Source of the DNA: Octopus sinensis
Lineage: Eukaryota
Direction: 5' to 3'
DNA length: 64,000 bases
NCBI RefSeq assembly: GCF_006345805.1
Contig: NC_042997.1
Location: 110,546,001-110,610,000 of the forward strand
Below the pieces are notes generated by a model, which searched no databases, had not been told where the DNA came from, and worked only from the letters and a program-made list of their open reading frames with translations. Below are positions 50,432 to 61,110 of the stretch, piece by piece. The stretch's first letter is position 1; each line of letters begins with the position of its first letter. The position numbers were made by a program, and so were the translations under genes.

Positions 50432-51580
50432 TAATTAAATACCTTCTTTTTCTGGGGTATTATTCGTTCAAACTCGTCACGTATTTGTAACTTTTCGATG
50501 TAAGTCTTAAAAAGTTGCAGCAGCTTAGCAGAAATGTCACGTTATAATTTCTACAATGCAATGGTTTCAATACACGCGGAAGATCATACCCATTCAAACT
50601 TTATATCATTCTGAAACATCTTTCAGATATTCATCACACGACCGTTTTCATTTTGTCCAAATATTTTTTTTCACAGAAATTCATCAAAATTGTGGAGATT
50701 TTATGACAGTGTAGCAAATTAGTAATCAACTAATTAAATACCTTCTTTTTCTGGGGTATTATTCGTTCAAACTCGTCACGTATTTGTAACTTTTCGATGT
50801 AAGTCTTAAAAAGTTGCAGCAGCTTAGCAGAAATGTCACGTTATAATTTCTACAATGCAATGGTTTCAATACACGCGGAAGATCATACCCATTCAAACTT
50901 TATATCATTCTGAAACATCTTTCAGAATATTCATCACACGACCGTTTTCATTTTGTCCAAATATTTTTTTTCACAGAAATTCATCAAAATTGTGGAGATT
51001 TTATGACAGTGTAGCAAATTAGTAATCAACTAATTAAATACCTTCTTTTTCTGGGGTATTATTCGTTCAAACTCGTCACGTATTTGTAACTTTTCGATGT
51101 AAGTCTTAAAAAGTTGCAGCAGCTTAGCAGAAATGTCACGTTATAATTTCTACAATGCAATGGTTTCAATACACGCGGAAGATCATACCCATTCAAACTT
51201 ATATCATTCTGAAACATCTTTCAGAATATTCATCACACGACCGTTTTCATTTTGTCCAAATATTTTTTTTCACAGAAATTCATCAAAATTGTTGGAGATT
51301 TTATGACAGTGTAGCAAATTAGTAATCAACTAATTAAATACCTTCTTTTTCTGGGGTATTATTCGTTCAAACTCGTCACGTATTTGTAACTTTTCGATGT
51401 AAACCTTTCAATGTAAGTCTTAAAAAGTTGCAGCAGCTTAGCAGAAATGTCACGTTATAATTTCTACCATGCAATGGTTTCAATACACGCGGAAGATCAT
51501 ACCCATTCAAACTTTATATCATCATGAAACATCTTTCAGAATATTCATCACACGACCGTTTTCATTTTGTCCAAAAATAC
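50432..51580. repeat. Tandem 300-bp repeat array in the left Merlin arm (about 3.8 units; about 1.9 inverted units at 53232-53795)
   Basis: Unit starts TAATTAAATACCTTCTTTTTCTGGGG at 50432, 50731, 51031, 51331. Confidence 0.92.
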
Positions 51581-51589
51581 ATCGGGAGA

Positions 51590-52480
51590 TCATACCCCTT
51601 CAAACTCTATACCATTCGGAAGATGTTTCAGAATATTCATCAAGCAATCGTGTGCAGTTTGCCCATATTGTTCCTTCCACAGAAACTCATCAAGGTACGA
51701 GTCCACCATGGTGGAATGTACCCCCATCATCGTTTTAAATTTTCTTTTGGCATTCTTCCAGTAACATTCCACAGAATTTGTGTGTACACCTGTTAGCGGA
51801 TCCACAAAATTCTGGGAATGGTTTACTGTGAAATGGATGTATTTTGGTGTCACATCCATTTCTGCAATACCATTATAGGCGGGCCAGCAATCCGAATGAA
51901 TTGTTGTGCCCGGTCTAATAAATTTTTTGATGATGGGTAGCAGAGTTTCCGAGGAACGGTCAGCTACGAACAGTATGAAGCCTTTTTTGTCTTCTCTGTC
52001 GTACCCTCCAAAGACCCATCTCTCTTGTGGCGTTCTTCCTCTATTGTATTTTCTCTCACATCAGACTTTCATCTACTTCAACAATGTGTCCGACACCACC
52101 AATTTGGTATGGATTCTTCATTAGATTATTGCTACAGATATCTCGCATGTATTGATACCATTGAATAACGCTAGGTTTTGACAATCCAGTCATTGCTATT
52201 GCTCCGGTTATTGTTAGGTTACTGCCCCAACAATATATAACATAAATGAAATCGTGCAGTTTCAACTTGCTATTTTCGAGATACGATTTCTTTCTAATCG
52301 ACTCTTTTTCCCCTTTGTGAGTTGGGCAGCGAAAAATTTTTTCCTGGTTGTGTTTTATAAGAGTCATCTCTCTATGGCATTTTGAGCAAATTGGAGTTGA
52401 GGACTCAACACTTTTTTGTCCTTTAGGAATGAATAGATACTGTCAAAATCTTTTACGATGCTTTCTATCTCATACAACAT
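51590..52480 (-). pseudogene. Merlin/ISXO2-like DDE transposase (about 295 aa) with a few single-base frameshifts
   Basis: Stitched frame: MLYEIESIVKDF...PICSNCHREM...FRCP (Zn ribbon)...QWYQYMRDIC...GVGHIVEVDES...RKYNRGR...WVFGG...TTIHSDCWPAY...HFTVNHSQNFVDP.TGVHTNSVECYW...YLDEFLWK. The D/D/E triad (VDES, HSD, NSVE) is intact. Confidence 0.92.
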
Positions 52481-54532
52481 TTTTTCTTAATTTAACTCAG
52501 TTCAACTGATGAAGATAAACTGAAAATAAAGTTATTTTCAGTATCAGTTAGCTGACTATCATTCAGTTAGCTCTGATTGGTTAGATTTTAGAACTTTCTC
52601 TGTCCCCTCTTTCAAACTAATTTTTGTTGTGGGGGGGGGGGGGAAAGATGAACGATTTAAAATAAATATATCTTAATTGTAGTGTGAGAAAAGTATATAT
52701 ATTCTGATGATAAAATATATTCTTTCAAAACATTTGTTAGTCCTACTATGAAAGATTGTTTTGGGCTGAAACCCAAGTTAACGAAAGTACATGAATAAGG
52801 ATTGACTGTCATGATGTTGAGTCTTATTAGATTCTTGTCCGATTCAGTATTTTGTCATGTGCTTTCTGAAGTAGGCAATAAAAACCTTATAAACAAACTG
52901 TTATCTACATAATACTGTGGTAATTAGACAAACATTAACTGAAATTAATTATGCCTTTCCTAACAGAAAATGACATAATAGTATTTATTATGTGAACATG
53001 TAAAGGAAACTGAAAATTGTGATATGTTCCTCTCATTACTGGCACTTATTAACTTGAGAAAAATAAAAGGCCACATATAGAATGAGATATTCGAAAATAA
53101 AAAAATGTTAAAAGATACTCCTCGGAATTAAAATCATGACAAAGATTTTCAAAATCCCTTTTTTGCGATAGATGGAGATTGCCTGAAGTAAATAAGGGAG
53201 AAGGAGAGAGAAGACAGCAGAAGGAACAGCATTGATGAATTTCTGTGAAAAAAAATATTTGGACAAAATGAAAACGGTCGTGTGATGAATATTCTGAAAG
53301 ATGTTTCAGAATGATATAAAGTTTGAATGGGTATGATCTTCCGCGTGTATTGAAACCATTGCATTGTAGAAATTATAACGTGACATTTCTGCTAAGCTGC
53401 TGCAACTTTTTAAGACTTACATCGAAAAGTTACAAATACGTGACGAGTTTGAACGAATAATACCCCAGAAAAAAGAAGGTATTTAATTAGTTGATTACTA
53501 ATTTGCTACACTGTCATAAAATCTCCACAATTTTGATGAATTTCTGTGAAAAAAAATATTTGGACAAAATGAAAACGGTCGTGTGATGAATATTCTGAAA
53601 GATGTTTCAGAATGATATAAAGTTTGAATGGGTATGATCTTCCGCGTGTATTGAAACCATTGCATTGTAGAAATTATAACGTGACATTTCTGCTAAGCTG
53701 CTGCAACTTTTTAAGACTTACATCGAAAAGTTACAAATACGTGACGAGTTTGAACGAATAATACCCCAAAAAAGAAGGTATTTAATTAATTGACTACTAT
53801 TTTACATTACACATGAAATGTATTTATTTATAAACTTTAAACTGAAAATTCCCCGTTCGCGTTTCTGTAAAAAAAAGTAATTACTTTTACTTGTTCAAAA
53901 AATATTATTAATAATAATTATTTTCAAGAATTATTTAATTTATATAATTAATTCATTAATTTTATTCTGTAAAATAGTAATTAATTCATTTATCTGTAAA
54001 TCCGCGAGGAAAGCGACCAAGGTATCTTAAAAAAATCCTTTTTTTTTTCCGGGGGGGGGGGTTAACCCGCATGCGCGAATCGCGCACTGCGCATGCGCAA
54101 GTCACCTCGTAGGATCTCGAGTATTAATAATAATTAATTTTCAAGAATTATTTAATTTATATAAATTATTCATTATTTTATTCTGTAAAATAGTAATTAA
54201 TTCATTTATCTGTAAATCCGCGAGGAAGCGACTATGTAATTTTTTTGTGTAAAATTGAATATGTTATATATACACACACACACACACATATATATATTTT
54301 TAGTTAAATCCAACACCTTTTTGTGTTAAAAAGCAGAAAGGTATCTTTAAAAAAAATCCTTTTTTTTTTCCGGGGGGGGGGGGTTTAACGCGCACGCGCG
54401 AATTCTGCACTGCGCATGCGCAAGTCACCTCGTAGGATCTCGAGTATCGAGTACCTACGTCTGGCGCGCGCGCGCGCGCGAATTCGCGTGTGCAAAACCG
54501 GGACCACGATTATTAACAAGTACCGCCTTCAT

Positions 54533-57500
54533 TTACGGGGGATATGGGCCTGTGGTTTGCCCAAGTGGAGTGGTATTTTGTTGCACATGCCATTTCTCCA
54601 CAGCAGCAGTTGCACCTGCTATATTCCGGCTTACATCCCCGACTCGCCGCATCGATCAGGGATCTAATAATAAGTCCCCACCCGGATGCACATACGCGTC
54701 TGTGAAAGCAGAAATCCTCCGCCGCAACACACGTTCGGGGAGAGCAATATTCAGATTGCCACGATGGCCGATGGAATACTGGAATTTCCGAATCCATCTC
54801 CATCGCGAGGCCTCTGTGCATGTATAGGGGGCCCTGCGCAAATTTCACTAGCCGAGCGGATTGATGCGCTCTCACGCGGCGAATCGACGATCTATCCCGT
54901 GCGATCGAGCGCCGACAACGCAGTCGTAGTCGCTCTACCAAAAGGGCAGATCGGTGTACCCAGCCGTGCACTTTCAAGCCCTCGGAAAACTAAATCCGGA
55001 GGAGGTGAGCACGTCACCTTCTTCCATCTCGTTTCCAAACATCGTGCATTCTATGTAAAAGATCTGGTGTCGAAGACATTCTTCATGGTAGACACGGTTC
55101 CTGTTGCAGCATCTGGCCCCTTCGTCTGGCTGCAGACAAGCCGAAGCGCTCTTCGATTGTCTTGCATGCTATTGACTCGTCTCCCATAACCACTTACGGT
55201 CAGATTTCGCTGCGCCTCAACCTCAACCTTCGCCGAGACTTTCGATGGGTTTTCGTCATCGCTGACATCCCACATCCTATTCTCGGCGCTGATTTCCTGG
55301 ATAGGTTTAACCTATTGGGTGGATGTCAGGCGTCGGAGGCTTCTTGATAGCACGACGTCGCTCTCTACACCCGACTGGGAGTTCCACCACTGCGGTCCTT
55401 AGCCCGACATTCTTTGTTGCCACCTCTGGAGACCCATTTCACTCTCTTTGGTTTCATTTCCGGAGCTAGTGGACATTGCCTTTAAACCGGAAAATCCTAC
55501 CCACTCGACCCTCCATTTCATCACCACCAATGGGCCACCTGTTTCTCACGCCCTTCTCACGCCCCCGGCGCCTAGCGCCAGACCGACTTAAAACGGCCAG
55601 AGCCGAGTTTGAGCACATGCTTCAACTTGGCATTATACGCCCCTCCACCAGCCCATGGGCATCTCCCCTTCATTTGGCGCGAAAGGGCGAGTCTGATTTT
55701 CGCCCGTTTGGAGACTATCGACGCCTCAATGCCGTCACAATAGCCGATCGCTATCCGATTAGAAATCTCCGGACTTTACAGCAAATCTCCATGGTTGTAC
55801 CATTTTTTCGAAGGTCGATCTGATACGCGCTTACCACCAAATACCGGTCAACCCAGCCGACGTTCCAAAAACTGCAATCACTACCCCTATACCCGGTTTG
55901 GGTGTTTTGAGTTTTTGTACATGAGTTTCGGTTTGCGGAATGCTACTAGCACCTTCCAGCGTTTCATTGATGAGGTTGTCCGCGGTCTTGATTTTGTGTT
56001 TGCCTATGTCGATGACATACTCATTGCGAGCGACACACGAGAAAATCATCTCTCGCACCTTTCTAACTCTTCCAGCGTCTTCGCGCGTATAGCATACGCA
56101 TAAACCCCGACAAGTGTGTTTTCGGACGCTCTTCCCTAGATTTTCTAGGGCATCATATTGATTCGACTGGAATCAGCCCCCTCTCGTCAAAAGTCGATGC
56201 CATTCAACGCATCGCACCCCCCACTTCCTTGCGCCAGCTCAGGCATTATCTAGGGATGGTCAATTTCTACCGACGCTTCATTCCCGGTTGTGCAGATAAG
56301 CTGCTACCTCTCACCAGGCTGTTAAAGGACTCTCCTAGAAAGGACAGTCAAGTCACCCTCTCTGTTGAGGCAGTGACAGCCTTTGAGTCCATTAAGAAGG
56401 AGCTGGCTTCTGTTTCTTTGCTTGCACATCCAGTTCCTGGTGCTTCTCTCTCTTTGACTGTGGACGCATCGGACACTGCCATTGGCGCTGTGTTACAACA
56501 CACAGTGGATGACCATGTTCGACCTCTAGCCTTCTTTTCCCGTCAACTGCAACCAGCTGAACGACGATACAGCACCTTTGATCGTGAGCTCCTAGCGATC
56601 TATCTATCGGTTCGTCATTTCCAGCATCACTTGAAGGGCGAGATTTTGTGATCTATACGGATCACAAGCCCCTTACGTTTGCCCTGTTTTCAAAAACGGA
56701 CAAACTCTCACCCCGTGCTTTTCGGCACCTGGATTTTATCTCTCAATTTACTAGCAACATTCGACACATACCTGGAAAAGAGAACGTTCCTGCTGACGCT
56801 CTCTCTCCTTCCAGTTTGCGCCCTTTCGTCTCCTGCTGCTATCGACTTAGCTGCCATATCGCAGGAGCAGCCACCTTTGGCGTCGTTAGATTTAACTTCT
56901 CCCAAGTTCTCCTGTTGCCAGTTTTCCTACCTTCCGCTTCCGTCAGCCGAAGGCACCATTCTTTGTGACACTTCAACTGGATCTCCCAGGCCACTGGTGC
57001 CTGAGACCCATCAACGCTCAGTGTTTGAAGCACTGCACTCCTTATCACATCCTGGCATCGCTGCCGCCACCCTCAAACTAATCACTTGCTTCGGTTTTTC
57101 TGGCCGAATATGCGTCGCACAATTACTTGTTGGACACGCCCTGCTCCAAGTGTCAACGATCCAAGATTCAACGGCACGTTCGTGCCCCGCTTGGACAATT
57201 TCCCCCCACGGAGGAGGCCGTTTTCGCCATGTCCACATCGATCTGGTTGGACTATGGCCTGTGAGTCGCGGGTTCTCTTTCTATTAACTGTGTCGATCGT
57301 CTCTCCCGCTGGCCAGAAGCCATTCCGATAGCAGACATTTCTGCTGAGACTGTTGCGCGAGCTTTCGTTTCAAACATGGATTTCTCGCTTCGGAGTCCCG
57401 TCCCGATTGACAACTGATCGTGGACGACAGTTTGAGGCCTCGCTATTTCGCGAATTGTCGCGAATTTTGGGTATGCACCATATCCACACCACAAGCTACC

Positions 57501-58270
57501 ATCCAGCGTCTAATGGATTGGTTGAGCGGTTCCATAGACAGCTCAAGGCCGCTCTTCGTGCCTCTTCGGACCCACAGTCCTGGATCGAATTTCTGCCCAT
57601 TGTGCTTCTCGGCTGTCGGACTGCTGTCAAGGCAGACCTGGGGTTTTCTGCTGCAGAGCTGCTGTATGGTACCACACTGGCATTGCCCGGTACGATGTTG
57701 GTGCCAGACACTTCCCCGCCCCATGATCCGGCGACCTATGTCACCAGACTGCGGGAATATTTTCAAACCTTCCGCCCATGCTTCCCAGAAAGCAATCTCC
57801 ACCGTCCCATCTTCCACCGGATATGAACACCTGGTCGCATGTTTTTGTTCGGGACGATTCTGTGAAGGGCCCACTTGTTTCTCCCTAAAAGGACCTTTTC
57901 GTGTGCTTTCTCGCACACCAAGGTTTTCACGATTGAGATAAATGGTCGTTCGGAGACCGTTTCCGTGGACCGTTTAAAAAAAAGGCACATTTTGAGACGT
58001 CTTCATCTTTTGATGACAACCTTGACACACCCACCTATGCACCTTTAACAACACTTTCACCTGCACAAACGCCTTCACCTGCACAAGCGCCTTCACCTGC
58101 ACAAACGCCTTCAACCTGCACAAACACCTTCACCGGCTCCTACAACACCACCCTCGCCGTCAACGGGTGCCCCGAGCACACCGTATGTTACAAAATCGGG
58201 CAGAACAGTGCATTGGCCCAAGAAACTTTCAAAAACAATTTACATTTAACTTTCTTTAAAATGTTTCTTA
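54533..58270 (+). pseudogene. Gypsy gag-pol reading frame, frameshifted (gag start ATG at 49669 is separated by the Merlin insertion)
   Basis: Removing 49691-54532 restores MASGLPSFTGDMGLWFAQVEWYF (gag). Downstream ORF fragments give protease, RT, RNase H and integrase motifs in Gypsy order. Confidence 0.9.
58055..58135 (+). repeat. 18-bp tandem repeat (TTCACCTGCACAAACGCC) in the Gypsy pol tail, encoding PSPAQT-type repeats
   Basis: 4-5 imperfect units visible. Confidence 0.8.
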
Positions 58271-58380
58271 TTGTATAATAGTATGTACCAAGTCTTCTGG
58301 GGGATCGGCAAGCCTTCTGTTTTCTGCAGCACACCACCACAATATTCTGGTTGCCGTACTTCGCACTCGGAGGGGAGCCC

Positions 58381-58798
58381 TGTAGTGATGCTACAGTGTA
58401 GGGTTCGGCGCGCATGCGCAGAATGGGACTACTTCCGGGTGGCCACCGGAAGTCTTCCCCATGCGCATGTGCGGGAAAACATCTCTCGAGCCCGCGAACC
58501 TCAAATCTCTCTCTTCGGCTCAAGACAGCACTGCGATCGGTCACGGTTTTCCTGGCTCTGACAGCCACACACCAGCTTCAACCAACTTCAACCAACCTCA
58601 ACGACCAACACCAGCAGTATATCAGAGGCTGTCTATTCCCCCATCAGACAACGTACAACCATGAATCAATAAACCAAGTTGTCTGTTCACCTTTAACCTG
58701 AGTTTCGTCTGTTTGTTTTCTACAAGAATTATTGTATGTGACTAGAAAGGATCTCGACACCCTGCCAGTGCTTCGATGATAGATCCTTTCACGTTACA
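58381..58798 (+). repeat. 3' LTR of Gypsy element
   Basis: Same sequence as 48865-49282; preceded by the PPT and followed by the GAAG TSD. Confidence 0.96.
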
Positions 58799-59499
58799 GA
58801 AGTAAGGCTTGCAAGGGCCGGTGAGACAGCCAGAGGGCATGTGTGGGCAGGAAGCACGTGTGGCCAGTTCGTGCAGAGACGACAGAGAGACAAGACGTGT
58901 TTAATTCGTGAGAGTGACCGCTGATTTCGCCGAGGTCAACAGGTCAGGCCTTTTGTATTTCTTTCTCCCGTTTGCTTCTTTATCTGTTGTCCTTTTCCGC
59001 CATCACACTACACATACCAAGGTACCACATAGTGGGGCTGAACTCAGGACTATATGGCTGGGAAACAAGTTCCTTGACCACATTCCCACGCCTGTGCCTA
59101 TCTTATAAATGACCATATAGATTTGACCATTTACATAATGAGCTTAATAATTAGTTAAGATGTTGTTGGGAGATAAGAATGACCACACGATAAATATGTG
59201 TTTCCATTAAAAATAAAAACGGCCCTCCATCAGTTACAATGATGAGGGTTCCAAATGGAACAGAATAGACTGTTTGTGAAATTAACATACAAGTGGCTGA
59301 GTACTCCACAGACATGCTTACCCTTAACGTAGTTCTCAGGGAGATTCAGCGTGACACAGAATGTGACAAGGCTGGCCTCTATTGAATTACTGGTACAACT
59401 CATTTTTGCCAGCTGAATGGAATGAAGTAATGAGAAGTAAAGTGTCTTGCTCAAGGTCAAAATGCGCTGCCAGGAATCACACTCATTACCTTAAAATTC

Positions 59500-60140
59500 A
59501 TCATCATCATCGTTTAACGTCCGTTTTCCGTGCTAGCACGGGTTGGAGGGTTTGACCGGGGTCTGGGAAGCCAGGAGGCTGCACTAGGCTCCAGTCTGAT
59601 CTGGCAGTGTTTCAACAGCTGGATGCCCTTCCTAACTCCAACCACTCCATGAGTGTAGTGGGTGCTGCTTTTTACGTGCCACCGGCACAGGTGCCAGGGG
59701 AGGCTGGCAGCGGCCACGATTGGTTGGTGCTTTTTACATGCTGCCAGCACAGAAGCCAGTCAAAGTGGTGCTGGCATCAGCCATATTTGGATGGTGCTTT
59801 TTACATGCCACCGGCACAGGTATCACAACTACAATTTCCATTTGATATTTATTTTGATGTTGGTGTACTTGACTCAATAGATCTCCTCAAGCACAGCAGG
59901 TCACCCTACGATCAAAGGTAAGCACAGCAGGTCGTTCTGCAATCCAAGATACTTTGGATGGGCTGGGGCTATGCGAAACTGGTGCAGGAAGCAATCATGA
60001 ACTCACATTATTTGTCGGGTCTTTGCAGTCACAGCATATCTCCAGAGATCTTGGTCTTTCGTTATTGCTTCTGTGAGGCCCAACATTCAAAGGTCATATT
60101 TGACTACCTCATCCCATGTCTTCCTGGATCTACCTTAAGA
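59500..60140 (-). mobile_element. SINE-like retroposon with a (GAT)n tail and internal tandem ATGGTGCTTTTTACGTGCCACC units (family A; many copies, e.g. 960-1260, 7560-7990, 28860-29220, 29355-29640, 31620-32255)
   Basis: Recurring CATCATCGTTTAACGTCCGCTTTCCATGCTAGCATGGGTTGG...CTGGATGCCCTTCCTAACGCCAACCAC sequence; an 8-bp TSD is visible around the copy at 16832-16972. Confidence 0.85.
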
Positions 60141-60844
60141 TTGTGAACCAAATACCCTAACCGCTACACTACACGCTTTCACTGTGTCTCCATACTTTTA
60201 CGTTAAACAGTTTGTATATAAACAAATGTACAAAGTGTATTTATATCATATTAAAAAAATATTTCTGTGAAGAAGCAGGTAATACTTAAAGCTTTACAAT
60301 ATGGAAGATAAAGAAAATGTAAAAGTGATAGTATGTTGTTTAACTTAAAATGACAGTCCCATAAAAGGGAAGAATGCTACTGTTATTTAGCCCTGTTGGA
60401 CACATTTCCTGTGACCTTATGTTTTCAAAGGACACAAGAAATGTATCAAGTCCAACAGGAAACGATGTTTCCTAGGGCTAAATAACAGTAGCATTCTTCT
60501 CTTTCATGGGACTGTCATATTAAGTTAAATAACATACCATCACTTTATTGTGCTGCTACTGCATAAATCTCTCTGAGAGATTTAGGAATGTATTAATTCT
60601 ATTTTCAAAGAGAATGTTCCAGTTAAATATGTTCTGTGACATGTGTCTGTTATTATAGAAATAATAAAGGATAAAGAAGATGTTTATGCAGAATGGTGTC
60701 TGCAGATAATTATACAGAATGATGTGTGTCATTGTTCAGTTTTATTTCAAGATTTCTTGTCAACAGAGAAAGAGTCAGTTTCTAACCTAGATTCAAGGCT
60801 CCATCATTGGAATTTCAACATCAACAACAGGGTAGTTTTTGCTT

Positions 60845-61110
60845 GTATGTACGTATGTATGTATGTATGTATGTATGTATGCAGGCATGTATGAATGTAT
60901 GTATGTATGTATGTATGTATGTATGCATGCATGCATGCATGCATGTATGTATGTTTGTATGTATGTTTGTCTGTATGTATGCATGTATGCATGTATGTAT
61001 GTATGTATGCATGCATGCATGCATGTATGTATGTATGCATGTATGTATGTATGCATGTATGTAAACATGTATGTATGTTTGTTGTATGCATGCACGTATG
61101 TATGTGTGTA
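60845..61110. repeat. (ATGT/ATGC)n compound microsatellite
   Basis: Tetranucleotide tract. Confidence 0.95.

Larger units (their letters stand above)
49691..54524 (-). mobile_element. Merlin (IS1595/ISXO2-like) DNA transposon with very long foldback TIRs
   Basis: 8-bp TSD GCCTTCAT (49683-49690, 54525-54532); termini GGTACTTGTT...AACAAGTACC; inverted arms about 49691-50987 and 53232-54524; central transposase. Confidence 0.93.
48865..58798 (+). mobile_element. Full-length Ty3/Gypsy LTR retrotransposon (gag-PR-RT-RH-IN), interrupted by a Merlin transposon
   Basis: LTRs 48865-49282 and 58381-58798 (418 bp each, TG...CA, identical by eye); 4-bp TSD GAAG (48861-48864, 58799-58802); PBS TGGTGACCCC (49285-49294, tRNA-Trp type); purine tract GGAGGGGAG before the 3' LTR. 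RT motifs include AYVDDILI and WASPLH, RNase H DASD...ELLAI, integrase TTDRGRQF...NGLVERFHR. Many frameshifts. Confidence 0.97.
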
